A program made the translations under genes and the position numbers. From positions 512,001 through 576,000 of the forward strand of contig CAXXQS010000002.1 in the NCBI GenBank assembly GCA_963674735.2: a stretch of 64,000 bases of DNA, read 5' to 3'. This stretch comes from Myxococcota bacterium (GTDB lineage: Bacteria > Myxococcota_A > SURF-8). Of this stretch, positions 47,560 through 58,522 are shown in pieces. Numbering within the stretch: position 1 is the stretch's first letter; each line of letters begins with the position of its first letter. The notes beneath the pieces were generated by a model. The model was not told the origin of the DNA, did not search any database, and worked only from the letters and a program-made list of their open reading frames with translations.

Positions 47560-50500
47560 TTAGGGACAGATCCACTCGCCGTCGTCACGTACGATGTTGA
47601 GTGAGAAAATCTGGCCCTGTGTGGTGACCTGGTTCCCGGCGGACACGCAGGTGGGGTTGATATCGCTGCCCGCATACATGCGCAAAGTCAGGTTGGCGGG
47701 AATCGGATCGCACACCCACTCCGTGGTGGGCACATCGCAACTGTTGCAGCAGATGCGCAGAATCAAGCAGAAAGGCTTGCAATCGCAATCGCACATATCG
47801 CAGTTGCTGGAATAATGCTTGAGCTTGGTTTCGTTACGGCAGTTCTCGGTAGGCGTAACGAACTCCGCCTTGACCGTGTAGGAGCCGTTTCCGGGGTCAT
47901 CATGACTCACGACTTCGGGCGAGTTGCCGTCGGGTGAGGATTGCTCGAACAACGGATGCCCCTGGCCGTAAGGCCCCCAGTTGGGCGACGGATTGCCCGA
48001 CCAGCAGTCGGAGACGTCCTTGAAGTAACCGCCCGGCCGCAGCCAGTGCATATCCACATTGCCGAGACCGGTCCAGACCATTTCCACGCGGATTCCCTGA
48101 TCGTGGTAGGTTTCCACCAGCATTTCCGCCTCATCCGTCACACCATCGGCATTTTCCACCTCCAGAATGACGGTGAAGACTCCGGCATCGCGGAAGGTGT
48201 AGGTGGCCTGCGAGGTGCCGACCGCGAAATTGAAGCGCTGCCCGTAAGCCTCCTGGATAAACCAGCGGTAGTCGGCCACGGCCGAGCCGTCCTCGTCTTC
48301 CGACAGGCTGCCGTCGAAGCAGATTTCGGTCCCGGTTTCGACGTAAAGCGAGGTGGCCAGCGTATCGCACTCGTAGAGGCGCGCCGTGGGCGTTTTCTCG
48401 ACATAGACGCGCAGCTTGGAATCCAGCAGCGTCTCATCCGACCAGGTGTCGCGTTCGTCTTTCACCCGCAGCGAGATGGTGTAAACGCCGTAATGGTCGA
48501 AACGCGCGGCGGTCAAATAGCCGTTGGTCGCACCGGTAAACGTAACCTTGCTCGGATCATCCACTTCCCAGAGATACTCGACCACCGAATCTTCGGTCTC
48601 CGGGGTTTCCGGATCGTCGTCCAGGTCGTAGGAGGCCGTGCCGTCCAGGTTGATTTCCTCACCCACGCGCACGTGCAGTTCGCGTGTTCCGTAGGGCCCC
48701 GCCGGAGTTCCCACCGGCGATTTGGCGATGGCGATGGGCGGGGTGTTGTTGCTGGAGGAACCGAAGATGTCGACGCTGTAGATCGGGTACTGAGCACCCG
48801 GATCCTCGTTGAGGCAATGGGCGTCTTTATCGGTGTGCACAATTTCCAGCGAGCGCGTGTGATAGGGCGTGCCGATGGTCGGCTCGAACTTGACGATCAC
48901 CGAAATATGGGTGGTGCCGTCACCGGGCAGCACGTAACCGCCCGCCGGCCAGGTGTCGATGGCGGGACTGATGCCGCCATCCGGGATACTGATATCGGGA
49001 GAGCCGCTACCCAAACGAATGTCTTCGATGGTGGCCGGACCGATGCCGATGTTGCGAATCACCACTTCCTGCGTCACCGGGTCGCCGCCCACCAGCACGT
49101 TGCGGAACACCACCTGACAACCCAACGGCGTCACATCCAGACGCGGATCGGTGGGCGTGGCGGTGAGGCAGATCTCATGGGCATCCATGGTCGGATCGTT
49201 GCAGTTGAACTGCGAGCCCGAGGCGTTGGAGGCATCCGAACACACCACCAGAACCCCGTTTTCGGGATAAGGATCGTCCGGTAGGAAAGAGACATCGAAG
49301 GCCAGCGAGCCCAGCGGAGGAATGACGTACGGCAGCGGCGGCGGATTCATTTCGAACTCGTCGCTGAAAATATTGGGGATCGAAATGCTGGCGATGGTCA
49401 AAGGCGCGGTGCCGTCGTTTGACAACACCACCTGTTTCGTCTCGCGCCAATCTTCCAACTCGGCCTCGCTGAGACCGGCCGGGGGCACCTGCACGTCATT
49501 GAACTCCAGACAACCGGTGGGACCGTTGATGTGCGGTTCGATGGCACAGGCGGTCAACTGAACCGTCTGGCTTTCGCAGCTTCCGGTCGAGAAAATGATG
49601 TTCATCTGCCCCTGGAAGTTGCCTTCGCTGGTGGCCTCGAACGCAACATCCAGGTTCAACTGGCTGTAGGGATCGATGGTAATGGGGAAGAAGAAGGCCC
49701 CGTCCAAGGAGAAATTGGACACCGGCGGATCGAACTGCACGTCCTGCACCACCACGCTGGCGTCCCCCGAATTGCTGACGACCACCGGCAGGATTTTGGA
49801 CGACCCTACGCGGATGCATTCGAAGTTGAGGTTCAGCGGATTGATGCCGCAGAAGGGCACCGTACCGGTACAATCAATAGGCACGTAGCGGTAATTGGGA
49901 TGCTGCGCGCGGTCGTTGGAGGTGACATCCAGATACGTGGAGTAAGCCTCGCGGCCTTTGGGGCAACAGGTGACGGCAAGAGCGTCGACCTCGTTGCATT
50001 CGAAGGGCGCCACCGTGAGCGGGAAGTAATCGGCCTCTTCACCCAGCGGCAGATCGAAGGAAAACACGCCATTGCGGTCGTCGCGCAGGGTGGCAAAATC
50101 GATTACCAGGTCCGCGCCGCCGTTGTTGCACAGGGTCACCGGACGCGACAGGCATTGATCCTTGGCCACGCTACCGATATGAATGGGATCGGGATTCACC
50201 GCCAGATCCGGCACCACACCCGCACCAACCAGCATCAAGGGGTAGGGGTCTTCCGGGTGGCCGTCACGGCGGGTATCATTGTGATCGATGAGCAGGTTAA
50301 GAGAATGGAATTCGGCCGAGCGCGGGTGGTAGATGAGGTTGAAGGTCTCCGTCTGCCCCGGCGCAAGCCAGATCTCGTTGTTATCGCCGTTGATATCGAT
50401 GCTCTGGCGATCGATGGCGAAATTTTCGGACAGCGGATTCTCCAATTCGATGTCGCTGATGATCAGAACCTTGTTGGATTCGGGGTTGAGCTTGTTGCGG

Positions 50501-51327
50501 ATGTGGATCGGCATCACCACCGTGTCACCCACCGGAACCAAGCCGAAGGAGCAGGCACCGGCATATTCTTCGCCGGGCGGAACATAATCGGTATCGGGGG
50601 ATTCGCACTCGACTTCAAGGAAGGTTTCACCCTTCTCGCGGGTAAGCAGCGGCACTTCGACCGTCCCGGCATTCGAACCCAAAAGCAGAATGCCTTCATC
50701 GATCCCCGGATCATCCGGTTCGTAAGTCACTTTGAAGGTATGCTCGGTTCCCGGTCCCAGTTCGATCTTGTTGGTGCCGGAAGGAATGTTGCCCACCAGA
50801 TCAAACTCGTCGATGCGGCTGGAAGCCCCGCCTTCCAAATCCTTGGGCACGATGCGAGCGTCATTGACTTGCAAAATACCCGCCCCGGCGTTGTAAATCG
50901 ACAAAGTTTCACTGTTGCGCTGTCCGATGCGCACCGCGCCGAAGTCGATGGAGGATGGATCGGTGGAGATGAAAGGGTCGTCTCCGGTGGATTCAGAGAT
51001 ATCAAAGTCGCCGTCGGGTTCGTCGCTATCGCCGTCCGGGTTGGGTGGACACTGGCAGTGATCCACCTGACAATAACAGCCCGTGGCATAATCGCAATCG
51101 CTGTTGCTGGTGCAAAGCGGAGCATAGCAAACGCCGCCAAAACAGGTTTCGCCGATATTGCAGCCCTCGTCGTCGGTGCAGGCCTGCTCGGTGTCGAAGT
51201 AGTTATCCGGATCGAAATCCCCATCGGTGGGATCGCTGCTTGTAGAAGAATCTCCCGAACAAGCCGACAGCATCAGAATAATCAGGGCCAGCCAAATACC
51301 GGATGCGCTCGATATGTTGCGTCGCAT
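47560..51327 (-). CDS. Large lipoprotein: Cys-rich N-terminus, multiple Ig-like (choice-of-anchor D/ASH-type) domains, two PKD-like domains, YfaP/DUF2135-like C-terminus
   Basis: Lipobox LSAC, repeated P..IDFG.V......I.N.G...L.I motifs, LDGTASYD and FDGSLSED, and W....VDMHWLRPG..PE. Confidence 0.8.
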   Translation of the reverse strand: MRRNISSASGIWLALIILMLSACSGDSSTSSDPTDGDFDPDNYFDTEQACTDDEGCNIGETCFGGVCYAPLCTSNSDCDYATGCYCQVDHCQCPPNPDGDSDEPDGDFDISESTGDDPFISTDPSSIDFGAVRIGQRNSETLSIYNAGAGILQVNDARIVPKDLEGGASSRIDEFDLVGNIPSGTNKIELGPGTEHTFKVTYEPDDPGIDEGILLLGSNAGTVEVPLLTREKGETFLEVECESPDTDYVPPGEEYAGACSFGLVPVGDTVVMPIHIRNKLNPESNKVLIISDIELENPLSENFAIDRQSIDINGDNNEIWLAPGQTETFNLIYHPRSAEFHSLNLLIDHNDTRRDGHPEDPYPLMLVGAGVVPDLAVNPDPIHIGSVAKDQCLSRPVTLCNNGGADLVIDFATLRDDRNGVFSFDLPLGEEADYFPLTVAPFECNEVDALAVTCCPKGREAYSTYLDVTSNDRAQHPNYRYVPIDCTGTVPFCGINPLNLNFECIRVGSSKILPVVVSNSGDASVVVQDVQFDPPVSNFSLDGAFFFPITIDPYSQLNLDVAFEATSEGNFQGQMNIIFSTGSCESQTVQLTACAIEPHINGPTGCLEFNDVQVPPAGLSEAELEDWRETKQVVLSNDGTAPLTIASISIPNIFSDEFEMNPPPLPYVIPPLGSLAFDVSFLPDDPYPENGVLVVCSDASNASGSQFNCNDPTMDAHEICLTATPTDPRLDVTPLGCQVVFRNVLVGGDPVTQEVVIRNIGIGPATIEDIRLGSGSPDISIPDGGISPAIDTWPAGGYVLPGDGTTHISVIVKFEPTIGTPYHTRSLEIVHTDKDAHCLNEDPGAQYPIYSVDIFGSSSNNTPPIAIAKSPVGTPAGPYGTRELHVRVGEEINLDGTASYDLDDDPETPETEDSVVEYLWEVDDPSKVTFTGATNGYLTAARFDHYGVYTISLRVKDERDTWSDETLLDSKLRVYVEKTPTARLYECDTLATSLYVETGTEICFDGSLSEDEDGSAVADYRWFIQEAYGQRFNFAVGTSQATYTFRDAGVFTVILEVENADGVTDEAEMLVETYHDQGIRVEMVWTGLGNVDMHWLRPGGYFKDVSDCWSGNPSPNWGPYGQGHPLFEQSSPDGNSPEVVSHDDPGNGSYTVKAEFVTPTENCRNETKLKHYSSNCDMCDCDCKPFCLILRICCNSCDVPTTEWVCDPIPANLTLRMYAGSDINPTCVSAGNQVTTQGQIFSLNIVRDDGEWICP

Positions 51328-51376
51328 ACGCCTACCTCTCTACGCGAGCGTGAAACGCCCGCAAACGAAAAACCGA

Positions 51377-54300
51377 CTACAGAACGTCCAAGGCCATGCC
51401 GTTTTCGCCCTTGTTGCCATCGGGTCGTCCGGGGCTGCCGCCCGGACCGGGAGTTCCGGCTTCGAAAGTCGTACCCAGATTCAGCACCGGATCGGAGGTT
51501 CCGGCCCGGTAAAGACCGATGGAGTTACCCCCGGCCCCGCCGCCGCCCGAACCGCCTGCGCCGCCCGGACCGCCTGCGCCGCCGCCGCCGCCGCCCATGC
51601 CCTGGTCGTACACGTCACCACCCGGACCGCCGCCGCCACTGCGACCGCCTTCACCGCCGAGCCGTCCATTGCCGCCCGTGCCACCGTCACCGGCCAGCAC
51701 GGTGCAATCGAGAATCTCGGGGGAGGAATTATGGAGGAAGATGCCGAAGGAGCTGCCGCCGCCCTCGCCACCTGAACCACCTCCCTCGCCGCTGCAGCCA
51801 CCCGCGCCGCCACCGGCCGGCCGGGTGCCGCCCCAGTCTTCGCAGGTCAGCCAGGCGCTGTTGGAGCCGCCGCCCGCCGGCCACCGCCGCCGCCGCCGCC
51901 CGGACCACCGTATGTTCCGGCCTGTCCCGGGTTGGGGAACCAGTTGCCGTTGATCAGGTAGCCTTTCGTTGGTGCCGCCCTGGCCGTGCGAACCGTCATA
52001 GCCCGGATCGCCGTTGCCGCCCGAGCTGCCCATGCCGCCGCTGTAACCCGCGCCCGGCAGTAGGCCCCGGCGCTTCCCTGTTGGCCGGCATACCCGGCGC
52101 AGGAACTGCCGCCCGTTTTGCAGGATAAGCCACCATCGCCGCCATCGGCGTAACAATAATCGTTTTCACCGCCCAGACCCACGCCCGGACGTCCGTTCTG
52201 CGCGCAATACCAGCTGCTGTCGTCTTCGCGACCGGCTTTGCCGGGACGTCCATCGGGTCCGTCGGCGCCGTCTTGTCCATAGGTAAAGCCCGACACGCCG
52301 TCGCGACCATCACCGGCCTCGACCGTCACATGATCGAGAACCAGGAAGTCCGCAGTGCGCGAATAGATGCCGTAGGAGTTGACGTCCTCATCGTCACCGG
52401 AATGCGACATCACGGTCACCAACTGCACCACCGTACGTTCGCCGATCTGGCTGGCGAGCATGCCGATGCGATCGCCGTTCAAGATGACCTCGTAATTCAG
52501 GCCGCGCTTCCAACCCAGCGGCGACGTGGCGGGATCGGTCATGTAGCTGGCGTAACCGCCGTAGATCCCGATGCCGCTATCGAGCTGCACCCGCTCGTTG
52601 TAGGTGCCGAGGGAGACATACACATGTGTCTTGCCGTTGAACAAGGCGTTCGACTTACCCAGGTAAACCGAATCCACCGGATCGTCGATCCTGCCCGTGC
52701 CGTTGGGCGATCCGTCCAGGGAGACGAACACACCGTCGGCGATGGTGCCATCGATGCCGTCGCAGTTGGCGTCCACGAAGTCCATATCCGGCTCGTCGTA
52801 CACCCCCTGCTGCAATTCGCAGTAGTAGCTGCAGCTGCCGGTGCCGAGATCCCAGTAATTTTCAGGGCAATTGGTACCCACGCCAACCACTTCCACGAAG
52901 CTGTCGAGCTGATAGCCCGCCGCGCTCTCGGCGTCGATGTTGATGATGGCGTTATGCCGCCCATGACTCGGCGGGGCATAGTGCACCTCGAAGCGCAGGC
53001 GCTGCTCGCCGGTGAGTGGATAGCAGTTCCCCTCCGTAGGCTCGTAGGGATCGAACGCCGTCATCGAGAAGGTGCCATCGGGGAAGGGAACCGGCGTGTC
53101 GCCGGGCTGCATCCCCATGGTGATATCCAATCCGCAGATCATCGCGGTGCCGGGTCCGCAGTTCCAGAGTTCGACGATCTGGGGCGGTACGACCGGGGTG
53201 GAACCCTCGGCGAATTGCACCCGCCCGAAATCGATGGGCGAGGTGGGATAGGTGCAGAGTTTGGGACCGACGCCGTTTCCGGCCAGCGGCACCTCAAACA
53301 AGTTGTTACCGGGGGCATCCGATTTGATTTCCACGTAAGCCTGATACTGCCCGATGGCGTTGGGATAGAAGCTGGCCTTGATCTGCACGCAGTCCGAGCC
53401 GTCGTCCACCTGTTCGGATGGCTGCAGCACCAGCGGAAAGTCGTTTTGCATGAGGTCGAGGCCGAACGAGCTGGTGATATCGCCGGTAATCTGCGGCCAG
53501 TTTCCGCCTTCCACACGCAGCTCGTAACCGCCGCAATTGCACACTTCCAGAATCTGGTGGGCCGATTCACCCAAGGCCACATCGCCAAAAATGACCGGGA
53601 AGGGCGTGACGCATACACGCGGCATGACGCCATTGCCGTTGAGCGGAATGCGGAACTGCTCGTGGTGCGGATCGTTGGTTTCGAGAATCAGGGCGTTTTC
53701 GTGTTCGTCTTCGTCGATGGGATGGAACGCCACCTCGATCTCGGCTTCCTGACCGGGTGCCAGAAGCATGCGCCGATCATCGTTGAGCGAGTCGTAATTG
53801 ATGGCGAAATTCAAATCCTCGGCCGCTTCCAAGCGCAGGTTCAACACCTGCAGGGTGCGGTTGTCTTCCGCACTGACACGCCGATTTCCCACCGCCACGT
53901 GCAAGGGTTTCGTTTCACCCACGCGCACATCGCCGAAGTCCAGTGCGTCGGGCGGTTCGGGCAGCGCGTAGGCATGCACCTCGCCCTTTTCCTGACTCAC
54001 CAAATCGATATAGAAACGGCAGAGCGATTCACCGGAGACAATCAGCTCCAGCGAGCCCACATCCGCGCCCGGACCGGCGGGCGTGTAGGTCACCGGCAGC
54101 GTGTAGGAATCTCCCACCGGGATACAGTACGATTCGCCTTCGTCGATCTGGTATTCGTCCTCGATGTAAAATTCTTCGGTGGTGCCACTGTCGATCTGGT
54201 AGAGGATGCAAGCCTGCTTGGTGGGTCCGAGATTGTTGAATTCGATCTCGCACTTTTTGGTATCACCGAAGGGCACCGCCCCGAAATCGCAAATGGCGTT

Positions 54301-54818
54301 ATAAGCGAGCTGCGGATCCTGCATGCAGTCCTGCACGCCGCCTTCCTGCTCCTGATCGCCGTCGGGCACGTCGCCGTCGGGGTCGTCGCCGTCGCCGGGT
54401 TTGTCGCCGTCGGTCTCGCTGATGGGGACGCAGGTGTTGGTGGTGAAATCACATTCGTAGATGTCGGGGTAGCTGCAGTCGTCGTGACTGAAGCAATACT
54501 TGTCGGGAATCTCGGAGCCTTCGCACATAGCCTGCGGCAAGCAGTAGCTCTCGGTGATTCCCAGATCCGGCGGGGCGATGTTCAAGCAACATCCGGCATC
54601 GCTTCCGCAATCGGAGATGCTGTTGCAAGGCTCCGCACAGATCGGCGCGCCGGCGGTGCCGAGACAGGCCTCGCCCGCCGCGCAACTATCGCAGATGTCG
54701 CCTGGATCGCTCCCGTCCGCATCGCCGTCCGAAACGGCCGATGACACCCGCCGCAAGCCGTGAGGAGTAGAACCAGATACAACAAAACCCAGTGGAAAGA
54801 ATGCTTGAAACATCGCAT
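51377..54818 (-). CDS. Large Ig-repeat lipoprotein with a Gly-rich C-terminus; reading frame broken by several indels
   Basis: The lipobox LTAC is in the 54582..54818 frame, the body is in the 51847..54828 frame, and the Gly-rich tail alternates with the 51377..52156 frame. Contains a D.NCDG.DG motif. GAGGTG RBS before ATG 54818. Confidence 0.7.
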
Positions 54819-54915
54819 GGATTGACACCTCGTTTTACCGACCTCTACCAGAAGGGCGTCCAGGGTGGACAGTCGACTCGTTATTACGGTCTCCGTGGCA
54901 TGGGAACCGTTGTTT

Positions 54916-54945
54916 AGTATAGAGGAATAAAGACCTTTCCGTCAA
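54916..54945 (-). promoter_or_regulatory. Sigma70-like promoter for the 54818 and 51327 genes
   Basis: Minus strand TTGACG-18 nt-TATACT. Confidence 0.55.
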
Positions 54946-55060
54946 CGCTTTTTTGCAGGTCCGAAACGATCTAAATGAATGGTAATTCATTGAATTTACT
55001 TCTTTTCTCTTAGCCTTCCCATTCTCTAACAGGCCAGAAACCGTTCACTATTGTCCATGG

Positions 55061-57535
55061 CTATCGGGGATCAGGTTGTTTCCGCTTTGTAAAACCACTC
55101 CCGCCCCCCGCCATCCAGCGAATATCGGCCACCTTCCACAGCAGGTGCTCCTCGGTGAAGGCCACCGCACCGGTGAAGCGCAGTTCGCCCAGTAGGTAGA
55201 TACGCAGCGTGGCGGTGGTTGCACCGTTGCCGCGATCGTTCCAGTAGTGGACATACACCCCGTAATCGCCGTCGCCGGGGTCGTTGAGGTTGATGTTTTC
55301 GGGTCCGTAGCCGTTTTGGTCGTCGATATCGAGGGAAGGCCAGCCGTTCGCGCTCCAATCAACCGGGTTGCCCGACGGCTCGAACTCTTTTTTACAAGTG
55401 CTGAAGAAACAATCGCCGTAACTAACCGGGTATGCCCCGCCGTGGTCGTAGCCGTCCCATAACGCGCCGCCCGGTTTCACCAGATGGATGTCCATATCGG
55501 TGTTGTCGGTGTCCCAGACGAGCTGAATGTGGATTTTTTCGGTCGGGACGGCGTTGAAAGTGATCTCATCGGCCTCGCAGGACTGCATCCCTTCGTTGTC
55601 CTGTACGGTAAGGGACAACACGTATTCACCCGCGATATCAAAGAAGAAATTGGGCTCGGCGATGTTCATGGGCACCGGAAACGCACGGCTGCCGTAAGGC
55701 TTCGATTCGACCCGCCACAGATAGCCGGTAACCGTCCCGTCGGGATCGTAGGAACCGGTACCGTCCAGTTGCAGGTTTTCGAGCGGTTCCACCTGCCGGT
55801 CTTCCCCCGCCACCGCCACCGGGCACTGGTTGTCGGAGATCCCGCCGCCGGACAACGGCACCACCACCTCGGATTCGTCGGCGTCGTTGCTGAAAATATG
55901 CAGGCTGCCGCTGTCGCTGCCCACATCGTCGGGCCGATAGCCGATTTTCACGACGGAAGCCTGCCCCGGCCCCAGTTGATCCACCGGGAAATTGGCCTTG
56001 TAAAAGACGGTGCCCTCGGTTTCGAGCACGAAGTCATGCAGGATCAACAGGCCGCCGGTGGCCGTATTGCTGACCGTCAAGGTCTTGATGACCGATTCTC
56101 CCGAAGCCAATGCGGCAAAGGTCAACTCGGGCGGCTGCACGTCGATATCGGGGGGCGTCGGATCGCTGACCAGCGGAATGATCACCCGCGGTTCGTCGGC
56201 GTCGTTGGTGGTGAGCACCAGGCTGCCCAGGTCGAACCCTTCGTTGTCGGGGGTGTAGCGCAACTCGATACTGAGGGACTCGCCCTCGGCCAGAGTCGCG
56301 CCGTCGTCGGGACGCGATTCGAACGTGAAATCGGCGGTGGTGGCGGACCCAAGCTCGATGGTTGTGAGTTCCAGCGGATAGCAGCCGCTGTTTTCGACGG
56401 TAACCGTCCGTGTATCGCTTTCACCGAAATGCACCCCGGCGAAATCCACGGATTCCGGCGACACCTCGATCTCCGGTTCACAGACCGTAGCGCTGATGTC
56501 CACCAGCACCACGCCCGCCTCGGGATCGTCGCTCTGGACGCGCAGCTGACCGCTCACGTCCCCTTCCTCGACCGCTGTCACCACCACCTCTACAGTCGCC
56601 GCGTTCCCGGCCCCGACCACCAGGGGATTGGTGGGGCTGGGTTCGTTGACCAGGCCCGCCAGGGATAGTTCCGGGTCACTCGCCTCGGTCACCGTCAGAC
56701 CCGACACGTGCAGTTCCGCGCCGCCATCGTTATGCAGCGCCACCGCGTGGCGGCTTTCGGTCAGACGCACCAGCCCCAACGCGATGGGATCGGGGTCGAC
56801 ACGCAGGCGCGGAGTTTGCTTGACTTCAGTGATGATGGGTACGCCGATATTGGGCTCGGAGGGATCGTTGGTGCCGATGACCAGCAGGTTGGTCTCGGCC
56901 TGACTGTCGGTCGGTGCATAGGTGACATCGAAAGCCAGCGATTGCTGGCGCAGAATTTCGAACGGTGTGTCCGGGTGATCCAGAATCAATTCGGAGCTGT
57001 CGTCCCACAAAAAGATCTCGGAGACTTCCAGCTTGGCGTCGCCGATGTTGTGGATCGTCACCGGCAGCGTCAGCGACCCGCCCACCGGCACGGCGCCGAA
57101 ATCCAGCTCCGCAGGTTCGACTTGCACCCAGGGGTTGACGGCGTCATGCTCGACATCGGTTTCGAAGACCAGATCGTAGTCGCTATCGCCGTCCAGATCG
57201 GGAAAATCGCGCTCCGGCTCCTCCGTGTTCACATCGCCGTCCGGGTCGGGCGTTTCACCGCCATCATCCAGATCGCCATCGCTATCGGTCGGACGATCCT
57301 GGCATAAGCCCTGATCGCGATCGCAAAACTGCCCGGTGGGACAATCGAAATCATTGCCGCACTCGGGAATGCAGACGCCCTCGGCATCGCAGGGCAAATT
57401 GCCCGGACAATCGCAAACCACCTGATCGCCATCTTCAGCCGGTTCGCCGCCCGATCCGCCGCAGGCCGCCAGCATCAAGGCCAGCGCAATCAGCGACAAC
57501 TTCCACATCCCCCGCTTGCCGACTCCGTCTTTCAT
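55061..57535 (-). CDS. Lipoprotein with four Ig-like (choice-of-anchor D) domains, a PKD domain and a YfaP/DUF2135-like C-terminus
   Basis: Lipobox LAAC, DGD linker, VEPAELDFG repeats, LDGTGSYDPDG and WDTDNTDMDIHL..LDIDDQNGYGPENI. The true stop may be at 55048 if the C6 run is one base too long. Confidence 0.8.
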   Translation of the reverse strand: MKDGVGKRGMWKLSLIALALMLAACGGSGGEPAEDGDQVVCDCPGNLPCDAEGVCIPECGNDFDCPTGQFCDRDQGLCQDRPTDSDGDLDDGGETPDPDGDVNTEEPERDFPDLDGDSDYDLVFETDVEHDAVNPWVQVEPAELDFGAVPVGGSLTLPVTIHNIGDAKLEVSEIFLWDDSSELILDHPDTPFEILRQQSLAFDVTYAPTDSQAETNLLVIGTNDPSEPNIGVPIITEVKQTPRLRVDPDPIALGLVRLTESRHAVALHNDGGAELHVSGLTVTEASDPELSLAGLVNEPSPTNPLVVGAGNAATVEVVVTAVEEGDVSGQLRVQSDDPEAGVVLVDISATVCEPEIEVSPESVDFAGVHFGESDTRTVTVENSGCYPLELTTIELGSATTADFTFESRPDDGATLAEGESLSIELRYTPDNEGFDLGSLVLTTNDADEPRVIIPLVSDPTPPDIDVQPPELTFAALASGESVIKTLTVSNTATGGLLILHDFVLETEGTVFYKANFPVDQLGPGQASVVKIGYRPDDVGSDSGSLHIFSNDADESEVVVPLSGGGISDNQCPVAVAGEDRQVEPLENLQLDGTGSYDPDGTVTGYLWRVESKPYGSRAFPVPMNIAEPNFFFDIAGEYVLSLTVQDNEGMQSCEADEITFNAVPTEKIHIQLVWDTDNTDMDIHLVKPGGALWDGYDHGGAYPVSYGDCFFSTCKKEFEPSGNPVDWSANGWPSLDIDDQNGYGPENINLNDPGDGDYGVYVHYWNDRGNGATTATLRIYLLGELRFTGAVAFTEEHLLWKVADIRWMAGGGSGFTKRKQPDPR

Positions 57536-57830
57536 TGCCACTCCATTCGCCGTCACGCCGCATTTCGAACCTATTTCCAGCGCTATTACAACGACTTAGC
57601 ACATCAATAAGAATCCGACCCGCAACGGAACGCCGCAATGTAAACTTTCCCGTAAAATATGTTGCTCCCTCATCCGGTTCCTTGCGTCTTTTTCAGCCGC
57701 GTCGAATCCGGAGGTTCTCTCTCGACTCAATTGGGGACAAGTATACCACAGCTTGGCAGGTAGGAATAGTCAAGGCTTTGCGCATGCGTCGTTTTGGGTG
57801 AACGCGTGAGTATCGTTCACGTTTCCGTGA

Positions 57831-58154
57831 TCAGGTTTGTCCCGAGCGCTCGTCCGGCCCGACCTTCAGCCCTAGATAGACCAACCCGTCTTCGGGCGGT
57901 CCACCGGAATTCAGGATATTGAGGCAGGCTTCGCGGCTGAGCCGATGCAGAGTGAGATCCCCCACCGCCAAGGCTCCACTGGCCAACGCCTCCCACGTGG
58001 GATAATGCATCGGATTGAGCCGCAGCACCTTGCGCCGGGCGGTCAGTTCGTCACGCCAGCCGCGCCCCATGGCCGCCACGGCGTCCATATGCAACAACTC
58101 CGCCCGCGCCTGTTTGCTCTCGGGTACGTCGATTTTGGTCGGAATCGGTCTCAT
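57831..58154 (-). CDS. Hypothetical protein (107 aa), possibly a single TPR-like helical hairpin
   Basis: GAGGGGAG RBS before ATG 58154; RKVLRLNPMHYPTWEALA motif. Confidence 0.55.
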   Translation of the reverse strand: MRPIPTKIDVPESKQARAELLHMDAVAAMGRGWRDELTARRKVLRLNPMHYPTWEALASGALAVGDLTLHRLSREACLNILNSGGPPEDGLVYLGLKVGPDERSGQT

Positions 58155-58238
58155 GACAATCTCCCCTCGGCTCCGCGAATCCGCAAACGCGTTCTCTGAT
58201 TCCCCTCGACGGCTGTCGAAAAACGATTTTTCTCTGCC

Positions 58239-58317
58239 CTTCGAGACGCTTCGCTCCTCAAGGACAGGGAAAATCCCCGCATTCCTGAGGAGAAAACCGT
58301 CGGTTTTCGTCTCGAAG
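58239..58317. repeat. Palindromic REP-like element, family C
   Basis: Perfect 10-bp inverted repeat CTTCGAGACG..CGTCTCGAAG, with nested CTCCTCA/TGAGGAG and GAAAACC/GGTTTTC stems. Confidence 0.65.
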
Positions 58318-58522
58318 TCTCGGGATTTTCGAAAATCGACAACCCCCACAACGGCCCTGCTGCGGTCCGCAACTATCTGATTCACATCAACCCTATATAA
58401 CAGTATAACCCTCACAATAACCGTATGCAAGCATGTTTTACAGGAAACCCGTTTTTTACAGCGGCGAAAACCCTTGCCCTGCAGCCCGCCTTTTTCTAAA
58501 GTGGAGGCCACAAGGAGGCGGC

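Noticed and set aside
47941-56668. Plus-strand ORFs of 394-865 aa over the Ig-lipoprotein cluster
   Set aside because: Antisense shadows with no recognisable domains.
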